A stretch of DNA of 60,814 bases from a virus (taxonomy: Duplodnaviria; Caudoviricetes), in IMG/VR virus record IMGVR_UViG_3300051213_000340, positions 1 through 60,814 of that record. One strand, 5' to 3'. Positions within the stretch are counted from its first letter, which is position 1; each line of letters begins with the position of its first letter. Below are positions 8,035 to 18,800 of the stretch, one piece after another. Position numbers and translations under genes: made by a program. A model generated the notes under the pieces. The model searched no databases. It was not told the DNA's origin and was given only the letters and a program-made list of their open reading frames with translations.

Positions 8035-8346
8035 ATGAAAACTGAACTACTAATAGATAATGTTATTGAACAGATCGAAGAGGATCTGTATTACAATGAT
8101 CGTTCTGCAATCGTAGAGCTAATGTCATTCGTTCCAGAAGATAATCTGCTTGGGTATCTTGGAGAAAGATACACAAACAAACCCGCTACCCACAAAGAGC
8201 GCAAGACAGCAGAGTTTAAGCGGGAGATCCAAAGAATACAGAACTCCCTCCGTGACTGGAGGGACTCTGATCCAGAGGACAACGACGCACACTGGTATGC
8301 AATCATCGATGCGCTTACTGATGCAACAGGAGTTGAACCACAATAA
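8035..8346 (+). CDS. Hypothetical protein (103 aa)
   Basis: ORF after second 22-bp repeat. Confidence 0.7.
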   Translation: MKTELLIDNVIEQIEEDLYYNDRSAIVELMSFVPEDNLLGYLGERYTNKPATHKERKTAEFKREIQRIQNSLRDWRDSDPEDNDAHWYAIIDALTDATGVEPQ

Positions 8347-8365
8347 CACTAACCACAATAACAAT

Positions 8366-8881
8366 ATGAATCCAAGTGACGAAGCATATAAGTTAGCCGC
8401 ATCATTCTATCTGTCATCTACACACGATGACTGGACTGGTGACAGACTACGCAAAGCAATACTCGCCGACATCAATGGCGACGACAAGCAAGCACTTGCT
8501 GACCAGCAGGAGCTTGTAGTGTGGGAACCCATCGAACGACACATCTGTGGCAATTGTTCTATGGACGATCCTAATGAAGAACTCAACGACCTCATTGAGA
8601 ATCTTGCTATTGCTTTCATGCAGTTTGCTGAAAAGCATATCCCAAACCCTATCCGTAAAGTAGTAGTCGAACACAACATTCGACCACTCAACAATAGCGG
8701 AATCACCTATCCTGTTAAGATCATACCAGCAAAAGATTTTGGCAGTGATTTCAACAAGTATGTGGGGCTTACCCTCACTCACGAAGAGGGCATGACTGGT
8801 GATGGAACTTCTGTCAGTTATAGTCAAACCTTTCTACGCACTAGAAAATCAGATGAAGAACTCTTAAACGAATTCAACTAA
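8366..8881 (+). CDS. Hypothetical protein (MNPSDEAY...)
   Basis: Start moved to ATG 8366 after A/C-rich leader to avoid overlap with previous gene. Confidence 0.7.
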   Translation: MNPSDEAYKLAASFYLSSTHDDWTGDRLRKAILADINGDDKQALADQQELVVWEPIERHICGNCSMDDPNEELNDLIENLAIAFMQFAEKHIPNPIRKVVVEHNIRPLNNSGITYPVKIIPAKDFGSDFNKYVGLTLTHEEGMTGDGTSVSYSQTFLRTRKSDEELLNEFN

Positions 8882-8885
8882 CCAT

Positions 8886-9059
8886 ATGAAAAACATCATG
8901 TTCGATCTAGCCGCCTCAATCATTACAGACAAAGACTTCTATGACTTGTCTGTCAGTGAACTTGTCGAAGCCGCAAGAAACAGACTTGACATTATTGAAG
9001 AAGAGAATAACACAGAAGCATTCGGATTCTGCGACGAGTATGAGTCCGACAAAGAATAA
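8886..9059 (+). CDS. Hypothetical acidic protein (57 aa)
   Basis: Hand-translated MKNIMFDLAASIITDKDFY...; fills the gap in the operon. Confidence 0.6.
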   Translation: MKNIMFDLAASIITDKDFYDLSVSELVEAARNRLDIIEEENNTEAFGFCDEYESDKE

Positions 9060-9079
9060 CAATTAACTATATTACTATT

Positions 9080-9361
9080 ATGAAATTTGAGAATATCAAC
9101 CACCCAACTGTAGCCACCATTGATGTCAATGGTGTAGATGTATCCATTAAATCGCGGCCAGAGAAGAACAATGTAAGTGGGTGGGCAGTCATTGCCTTCA
9201 CACCAGCATGCTCCATCAGATGCCAGAAGATACATCGTCAAGAACATCTGACGGCATTCTGTGAAGCTGTCGCAGCAGCGGCTGGTTCTTTTGACGAAGA
9301 CGATGCGGACGCTATCTGTGCAGCTGTCCTTTCAATTACACTCAATCCCCCAATTGATTGA
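9080..9361 (+). CDS. Hypothetical protein (93 aa)
   Basis: ORF in operon. Confidence 0.65.
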   Translation: MKFENINHPTVATIDVNGVDVSIKSRPEKNNVSGWAVIAFTPACSIRCQKIHRQEHLTAFCEAVAAAAGSFDEDDADAICAAVLSITLNPPID

Positions 9362-9366
9362 TAGAT

Positions 9367-9681
9367 ATGAAAGAACACATAAGGATAGTAGACTCTATAC
9401 TCAAAGCCACATCACTCTATTCTGGAATACAATACAAGACTCTGAAGCAGAAGAGTATAAAAGCATCCACTCTAATATGGAGAGACATCGCAATGTTTAT
9501 CGCGACTATGATTGAAAGCGTTCATCCGTCAGATGCGGCGAAGGCTTTCGGCGTAACCAAAAAGACAATCATTGAATCAAACTTGAGAACACTAAAGTTC
9601 AATCAAGACAAACTCGATGAGATCTCGTCTGAGATATACGAGTTATCCAAATCATTAGAGGAAAAGAGAAGGGCTATCTAG
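9367..9681 (+). CDS. DnaA domain IV-like / HTH DNA-binding protein
   Basis: WRDIAMFIA...SDAAKAFGVTKKTIIES resembles the DnaA C-terminal R..AMY...IG..F..DHTTV pattern, degenerate. Confidence 0.5.
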   Translation: MKEHIRIVDSILKATSLYSGIQYKTLKQKSIKASTLIWRDIAMFIATMIESVHPSDAAKAFGVTKKTIIESNLRTLKFNQDKLDEISSEIYELSKSLEEKRRAI

Positions 9682-9832
9682 AATAAGACTCTGCCCATAT
9701 CAATCCAGCATTCGCTGTAGCATATGACATCCATACCAATGCCCACGGAATGTTGCCTTTAATGGCATAACTAATCCCGACTACGGCATACAATACCATT
9801 GCCATTGCTACAACGAATTGCTCGAAGCTCAT
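9674..9832 (-). CDS. Small two-helix membrane protein (52 aa)
   Basis: MSFEQFVVAMAMVLYAVVGISYAIKGNIPWALVWMSYATANAGLIW; directly after the giant gene. Confidence 0.65.
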   Translation of the reverse strand: MSFEQFVVAMAMVLYAVVGISYAIKGNIPWALVWMSYATANAGLIWAESYSR

Positions 9833-9836
9833 TTGA

Positions 9837-12800
9837 TTAGAGGTTAAGTGGAGCGAAGCGTGAGGGGAACAGGCGGTTGATCTCATCCTGCATGATGTTC
9901 AATCGTCTGATTCCTTCACCCCCTTCTTCCAACTGGAGCATGTCCTCAATGAATTTGGGAGACAAGACTGGCTTCTCAATCATCTTGTTCTGCAACAGCA
10001 TGATCCTGCGCGGCCCCATCTTAATATCGGAACTCCGCATCAGAGACACCAGTTCTTTTTCGGTCATGCCGAAGCCCTTAACTCCACTGAGTCCACGAAG
10101 ACCTTTGTAGATCTCCCCTTCAATTCGGACGCGAGACTCAACAAACTCTCTTGCGGCCTCACGGATCTGGCTATCTGGTATGCCTCTCTTACTCTTGGCA
10201 ATGTTCTTCCGACTATCGAAGTCAGACCTCTCTGACATCTTGTCTTTAAGGAACCGCTCTGCCCGATCTTTCAGTTCAACTGGATAAGACTTGATCGGCT
10301 TGATAGCATCAAGAGCTATCGCGAGAGGCTCATATTGAGGATCGACTGCCACACCACGCGCAGAAGTGATTGCCCTATATGCCTTCTCAAGTGTCGGAGG
10401 AGTATAGACTTTCAGTAGGATATACTCTAGCGATTTACCGAAGATGTTTAATTTGTCTGAATCGTAATAGATCGGCTGTCCTGTAGAACTATCCTTGTTG
10501 TAGACCGTATCGAGAACTGCACCACTAAAGATTTGCATATCGAGATACTGACTCATGAACGCATTAGTAAATGAGACCATCGCGTCTACTGGATTTCCTC
10601 TGAAGATATTTTCTCCAGCGCGTAGGAATGGATCAATCACACTAGCGAATGGATTGAGGAAGGTGAAGTCCATAGACCTCAACTTTCCATCCCACGGATA
10701 GTAGAAGAAGGTATTGTCTCTAGAGTATTCGGGAACGGTTGAACGAAGCACTTCATCCTCATCCTCTCCGATGCCCATTGCCATTTGAATAGCTGTCGGA
10801 ACAGCGGCGGACAATACTCCTAATATAGAAGTCATTCCCGTAAACCTTTTCCATCCACGGCTCACCATCACTGGATTGCCAGATCTAATTTCTGCCAATG
10901 CTTCTGTGTAAGTATTGTAAATGATCCGTGGAACCTCTGTCTTGAACCGTAAGAACGGAGCGATGAACATGCCCACAGTCCTAACGGATTCTCTGACAAT
11001 CGGAGGAGCTTCAGAATAACTTTGAGCTGTAGCCTTAACTTTTCTAGCCGCTTCGTATTTGATTTCGTAATCAGAAAGTTTGGCGTAGAAAGAATCTGTT
11101 CGGCCCTCACGGATATCTGCTTCCTTTGCTTTGGTCAATGTGCTGACCTCATTCTCAAAGTATGCCATCTTGTAGAATCCGTCCACCGCTTGAGACAGTT
11201 CACTGAGTCTTGAGGTAAGTGGTTTGATGAACTCTTCCCCTTTGGCAGCGGCCATCTTAATCTTACCAGAGATCGTGTGGATCTCTTCGTTGATCCGCTC
11301 CATGTTAAACTTATTGGACAACATGTCCTTAACAAGATTGGCATTAAGCTCGTTGTTGAGAACACCTAACGAAATCAACTCTGCTTGATACTCATTGATC
11401 TCGTCTGGTCTCATAAACTTTTCGCCGACATACTTCAGATTCTTGAGCATCTTGCCGTATGTGTTGAACGAAACTCCTTGTGACGGAGCGAAGAACGCCA
11501 TGTTGCCGATGATGTTTCTGAAGTAGAACGGAATTGATCCTAATGTTTTAACACCCAATGAAAGTCCAGTTAAGGAATTGAATGTGGTGACAACAGTGTT
11601 CACTGCTTGTTGTGCGCCAGTAAGGTTCTCATCTATAACTGGAGGAGTATACATGCGACGCATACCATCGACCATTTCTTTTGGCCCATAGTAATTGTAT
11701 GTTGGATCGTATTGCCCTGCCAGTCCTTGAGGAACTTTCTCTTCTGTATCTGGAGTGTAAAGCTTTCCAGTTCTGATGTTAACATACTCCTGTTGCATCA
11801 TCGGATTCTTTTTAATCCGCTCACGGAGATCGTCTTCTGTGAGGAGGAATCCATCTTGGACTGGTTCCCCATTCTCATCGAGAACTGGATTGCCATCTGG
11901 TCCAATGACAGGACGGAGTTTCGCCATGTCGATCAAGTTGTTGTAGAATGATTGGCGAGCAACCATTGTAGATACAACAGAGTAAGTGCGGAGTAGGTTG
12001 TTGAGTCCTTCCGTTTCTTGATCGTACTCGCCCAACAATTTACGGACGCTTGGATCGAGATCCGACTTCCTCCTAAGGTTGTCGATCAAAGACTTCGTCA
12101 CACCTTTCGGCAGAGTTCCGACTCTCCCAATATAGTCTGGAGAATAGGAACGCAGGAACTGCGCCATGAATTGTGAGATGATAGCTGGATCGTTGTTCAC
12201 CTCATCCGTAGCAAGTTCAATTGCCTTCTCTTTTGTAATCGGAGCTGTTCCAGTTATCTTCGCATTATTTTTAGAGACGCGTAGTTTTTTGTTTGCGAGC
12301 TGTTTGATATAGCGGTCGCGAAAATAAACCGATGCTTCCTGTCTTATCTCCACAAACTTAGGATCATTAGACTCAAGAACACGCTCGATGTATCCCTCTT
12401 CGTTGAACGCTTTGTATGCTCTGGTAAGATAGATGCCCATGTTGGCATCGAACTTAACTTGCATGGACTCCGAAAGGTTATACTTCTCTTTGACCTTCTT
12501 CGACATCAAGTCAGTCACCTTACGCATCTCGACCAAAGCCGCCGCCAATTGTGGGGAATCTTTGGAGATGCGCTCGATAGCTCTGGCTTGTCTTGCGCGG
12601 ATCTCTTGGCGAGCCTTATCGGTTTCTGCGTCGATCCGATCTTTGATCATGGCCTTACGCATAGCGGCGAGAGCATCTGTCGAGATCCACTTCTTGTCGA
12701 TCTCGCCTCTCGCAACAGCCTCTGTTCGAGCGGCCTTAGCATTGCGGTAGTCTTCTTGGAAGGATTGTTTAAGCTTCTTATCAATCTTAATGAACTCCGT

Positions 12801-15800
12801 AGTACCAGTTGCATCAGACAGAACTGAAGGATCAATGCCGCCTTTGCCGTAAGTCTCTGTGATCAACTTATTGATCTTAACCATCATAGACTTTCCGAGT
12901 TTGTCAGTCGCCTGTTCAAAGAACTTCTGGCTCTTGAACAGCGTTTGGATTCGGGGATCAATGTCACCCTTAAACAACTTCTCCAAACGGGTACTCATGT
13001 GTTTGTATTCTCCAGCAGAGAACAGCGAGACTGGAAGTTCCAACGAATCAAACAATCCTTTAAACCTTCTCTCGATCTCTTCATCAGTAGTATCTGCTGT
13101 AATCTCGGCAGCAGTAGCAGTGAAACGCTGGCGGATGATCTCGAAGTTGGCATCTGGATTGTTGGGATCAAACGCAGAGTGAGTGTCTGGATTGTATGTT
13201 CCTTCTTGCAAGAAGCGAAGCTCTGTGGACATACGATGGATCGCCGCCGCCAGCTCTGGATTGTTCTTGTTGATATTGTATCGGGCATACATACGGCGGA
13301 AGAATCCGCGCATATACCTAAATGCAATACGCATCAGACTTGGATTGCTCTCATAGAAAGCGATGTCTTCTTCCGTAGTAAAGCCGCGAGTAATCTTCTG
13401 CGCTCTCATACGCAACATCTCTCCGATAAGCTGGTTCTTGATTTCAGCGTTATCGTCACGGCGTAGTGCCAGTTTGAGTTGATCGCGTCTAGCTGGTACG
13501 GAAGTGTAGTCGTCGATGATGTCATCAAATTCCACATCGGACATTGTATTAGCCAGCTCTGTTATTTCTTCTGTAGTGAATGCGTAGAACTCAGCGACAT
13601 GGAAAAGCTCTTCGTTGAAGATGGACTCCATCATGGCTTTTGCCATCAGCGGGTTCTCAATGTTGGAACTCCTTGAAAGTAAGGCTTCCCGCATTTTGCT
13701 ACGGTTGACGAAGATAGCAGAAACAGAACGCCCTTCGCTATCCTGCATGAGGGCGGCTACAACGGCGGCTTCTGGACGATCCTTAAAGATTCCGTTCCTG
13801 TCAGCTTCTTCTTGAGTCTCAAACACTGTGACTTCAACATTGTCAGGAACCAAAGAACTAATCGCTTGATCAATCAGCTGGTTGATTCCCGCTTCCTGTT
13901 CTGGAGTCGAATCAATGTTGGAGTCGATTGGTTCAAACGAAGTCATCCTAACTTCTGCATCAGAACTTTTAACTGGAACAATCCTGCGGGATGCTCCGTT
14001 GTTTCTCGTTTCGACGAGAGACCTATCGACTTGCGATTCAATCGAGTATTGGTCGTCAATGTTTCCGAGAGTGGACAGATCAACCAGAGCGGCGAACGCT
14101 TTGTCGATGTCGGTCTTCGGTTTGATACCAAAGAAATCTAGAATCGCATCATAGATTCGGGCGAAGAAACTCCTACTCTTGATCTCCTCTTGTTGGAGAA
14201 GTTTTAGTTTGGATTGGAACGACGGTGAGGAGAAGAAGGTAGCAACGAACTCTTCGATATTAACTGTCGCAGCTTCAAACTCAAGACTTCCAACTCCAGT
14301 CTTTTGCAGTTCGGAGTTGTATTGCTTCATGGCAAGTTGCATCAGACCATTAAGTCTGGTCTTTGCACTACGCTGTGCTGGCGTAAGAGATGCGTTTGGC
14401 CTGTTGAGAACATCAACCGTAATCGCGTGGATATATTCGTGAAGCAGGACGGACTCAACTCCGACTCCATAGAAGCCAGACTTATTGAGGTAAACCATGT
14501 TAGTGCCATCTACTCCGCGAGAGAAATCACCAGCCTTGTTGTTCTTGATGTCTGTAATCAGGAATCGTGTATTTAGGATAGTGGATTGGAAACGGAGCAG
14601 GAGTTTTGCAACAGCTCTGTTTTCTTTGCTAAGACCTTTCGTAGAGATTTGGCGGAGCGCATCATACACGCTCTGTGAGTTCCCACTTTCAAGACCCAAA
14701 CGATTGATCTCTTTCTGGTTAAGTCTACGATAGAACTCTCTGTACTTCGATCTGATGAAGGACGGAGCGGAATATCTGAACTGCACCTTCCGTTGTGATT
14801 CCAGTATACTAGCGGCCTCTTGTTCAGTGACTCCCGTCTCCTCCATGATCCGTTTGAGGTTCCGCTTTTCGAGAACGAACTTAGCTTCTTTCTCAGTAAG
14901 CCCGTTGCGTACAAGAATACTAACCGTATTAGCATCGGCGACTCGAGTGAAGTCGTAAGCGAATGCACCAGAAGCTTCAAACGCATCGTGTACCAGTGCA
15001 GAAGTAACATTCGCAACAGGGAAGTGATCCAACAGTTGGCGACGGAACGTAAACGATTCTGCTGCGGTTTGCTTATTAGTAGACGGCGATGCCCATTGTG
15101 CAATGTCACGGAAGACATCTACTGGAAACTTATTATCAGCAAGCTCTGGCTCATTAGCATAAACTGTTCGTTTGGCTAGACGCCTAATTGATTTAGCAAT
15201 ATCTGCGTCAGTTCTTAGAAGTTGCTCCACTTCCTTACGAACATTTCGGAATACTTTTTCAGCCTTCAACGAATCAAGGCTGGAGTGAATATCGTACGGG
15301 TTGCTGGAACCATAGATCTCCTCTAGAGCCGCATCCAATTCAAGTCGGCTTACATCAGAAACGTCTCCCTCAAATTGGATAGCTGCATCATAAAAATCGT
15401 TTTTCGATGCTGTTTCTTTCTCGTATTTGAGTCGTCCCATTACCCGTTCACTAACTCGCTTAACAACAGCACCAACGTTCGGGAACAAACCATTCTTGTC
15501 TGGACGAGATGTGTCGTCGTTAATCGAGTTAAAGATAAACTGATCAATGATAACGTTAGAGGAATCGGCATTGATATCCTCACCCCTCATAGTGACACCA
15601 TCTATCTTAGGCAGTGTCTGTCCTGTCTTGAATCCAGACGTAAGCAAGAAGTATGCTTGAGCTTCTTGCGTAGACTTATCTTTAATGTACTCTGGAAGTT
15701 TGAAGTCTTCTGGAACTTTGATCCGCTCCAAAAGAATTGATCGTGCTTTGGCTACCGAAGCTGGATCAATGCTGTACTTATTCTTTTCCTTAGTGGCATC

Positions 15801-18800
15801 AGAGACGATAGCGTTATTATTTTGGAGTGTTTGGTAGAGTTCTCCTCTAAACAATGTCAGATAGAATTCTGGAACAAGTTCCATAATTGCTGTTTCATTG
15901 GCGGTTCTGGTTTGTGCTGGTGTCAAACCTTTCTTCTTGTCACCAAATCCAAAAAGTTTAAGTAGTGCGTTCGATTGCCCAATAGCTTTTTTGGCTACCG
16001 GACTACCAGTAACTTGCGGGTAAACAGCATTAATGAACCGGTTGAACGAATCAATAGCTTTATAGTAAGTAGTGGTCGGGCTTCCTTCTTTAGGAGATTG
16101 TTCCCCCAAATTCTCTAGATCCCTATGAACATCTAATGTAGAATCAAGCGGCGGCTTGATGCCATCAGTGAAAACGAATTGCTTACTTATGGTTTCTGCA
16201 ACATCAGATACTGGTTTAGTGCTTTCTTTATCATTTACAATGGAGAGTTCTGAAAGCGGGTTCCTCGGATCTGGAAACCGGACATCGTAGATAACTCCAG
16301 TTTGTTTGTCGTATTTAATCGCTTTGTTTATGTTCCCACTAAATGTGTTCGGAATATAAATCGGCATCTTACTTTTAAGAGCCGCCGCAACTGTGAATGG
16401 GTTGTTGTCAAACAATCCAGTAATTCTTCCGCCATCAACAACTGTGTGGAATTTAATCTTCTCAGACTCCACGAACTGTTGTTTGAACGGGTTCCACCAA
16501 CTTGTACGTTTCGTTTGTTTCGTTTTGAACAAGCTGATTGGGATCTGATAAAGTTCAGACACCTCATCTGTAGAGAGCGGCTTGTACAATTCAAAGACAC
16601 GCTTTGCCAGATTGTCCGACAGATCAGATTCACTGATATCGGAATCGAATCCTTTAGGCATCCCGTATCTTGATCCCCGCATAAAGCGAATTGGGGCTCC
16701 GGCTTGAGCCAGTCTTTCAACTACCTCATCTCGCGAAGCACTTACAGCTTTTTCGATGGCGTTCTTTTGTTTGGGGGTTTCGGTTTGGACCGCTTGTGGT
16801 TGTTGTTTAAAAACAATTTTATTTAAATTGTTTTCAAACACAATGGGGGCGTTACGCATTTCGTCCGTAAGGTGTCTCGCGCGTTTCGTCCCGAGTAACA
16901 GAAGTGATACCGGCATTGCAACGTCCGGCTCGATCTCAGACGCGGCATCGGTGCGGCTTCTGCCCTCATGCTGTTTGGGATTAAGCACCCACACTTTACG
17001 CTCATCATTCCACGTGACGTTTAGGTAAGGTGGTGCAATAGATTCTCCTTCTTGTATTTTGCCTTTAATATACTCTTTTGTGTCTGGATCGGAAACACCT
17101 TCAGGCACTAGTTTCCTAAATTCAGACGGAAGCATTGGTACAGTAAACCCAAAATAGTTAACATCTATTTGTCGTGGGGTGTTGCCAATACCTCTCACAT
17201 CCCATTTAATCTTTGGTGGGGTTGTGGCTTCAGTAATCGGAGCTTTAGTCTTAGCCACTGGAGCTTTAGCTGTTGTAGCTTTAGCCACTGGAGCTTTAGC
17301 CGCTTTTTTCGGTGCAGTCTTCTCAACAACAGGCTCCATGTTTCCGGAAGCGATTTGGATGTTGTTGAAGGTATCTACAAGATGCTTCATTACTTCTTCC
17401 TTGTTCACGCCCAAGGATTCAGCTTGAGTGTTAATGCGGATCTCGTCTTCCTTAGTGAAGGCAAGAGCATCTTCTGGAGCATCGGTTTCTTCGACTGTTT
17501 TTTCTGGTGTAGTAATCGAAGTCGCTTCTGCTTGGATTGCTGGCAGAGTTTTTTCTGCGGCGACAGGCGCAGCCGCTTGTATCGGCGGCTCGATCTCAAC
17601 TTCCACTTCAGATACTGGAGCTGGAAGTGGCTTAATTTGTTGTGGCCCTTCGTCTTCTACAACTACCATTTCTTCTCTGATTGCCTGTTCAACTTCTTCT
17701 TGAGTGACATTAGACAACCTATCCTGAATAAGTTTTACACGTTCTGGATCTGCCTTCGGAAGAGTTTCGGCAACTGGTCTTTCAACTTCAACTGGCTCTT
17801 CCGCAGCCACTTCTTCTTGAGTTTCAAGAAGTGGTACTTCTGGTTGAATAACTTCGGCTTCAACATCAATAGTCGGACCTTCCTCAGCGACTGGCTCTGT
17901 GGCTGCTGCTTGTTCTTCAGGAGCAACTACTTCCGGTACAAATACAACCTCTGGCTCTGCGCCCATATTTGTAAGGTTGCGTGGAGTAAGAACATTGAGA
18001 GAAGGTTCTGGTTCTCCGACACCAGCTTCGTCTTTCACAGTAGTTCCATCCTCCGGAACTACTGGTACTTGCGGCGGAGACACAGTGGCTCTAGCTTCTG
18101 CCAATTTACTAGCGGCATAAGCTGCGCGGCCAGAGCGTGGGGCTTTTAGGATCGACAGAACGGTTTGAGCGGAGATCGGACTTGTCTCAGCGAGCCTGTT
18201 GCTAATGTCTTGAGCAAACGTTATCTCTGCCAAACGACGTTGTTCAGCGTTGCTCTGGCGCATTACCAAATCCTTAGTCGCTTTAACTGCTGGAACGCCA
18301 GCACCCATACCAGCACCGATAAGGGCGGAGCGGCCAGCACTTTCAAGTCTTTGGAGAAACGGAGTGTTCTCATCTGTAGCTGCGTCCGAAACAAAGCTAT
18401 TGATAAAGTCATCAAGACCTTCTTCCATACCTTCGTCGAGAGCATTTCGTGCTGCCTCTTTAGTAAATTTAGTAGAACCAAATTTTTTCAGAGTACTGTC
18501 GAACGCTTTAGAAACTACTTGCGTAAACTCTTCGTCTTTGATGTCGTCGATTTTGGTGATCTTAGTCAGTATGTTTTTGATCTGCTTCTTAGAAGCACCG
18601 CCTAATAGAGCATCTTCAAGAGCGCCACGGCCCAAAGCTCCGAATGAAGATGTGATAGCTGCTGTAATAGCACCGCTAGTTAAACCAGCACCCAAAGCAC
18701 GATCATGCATTTGCTCTGGAGTCATGTTGGCATGGTTCTCGATCCGTTTCTTTTCTACATCGGACAAGCTATCCCACTTACCTTCTTTCTGTAATTTGTC

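Noticed and set aside
17169-18149. 326-aa antisense ORF in the giant gene
   Set aside because: F/L/S-rich mirror of a low-complexity E/K/A/P linker
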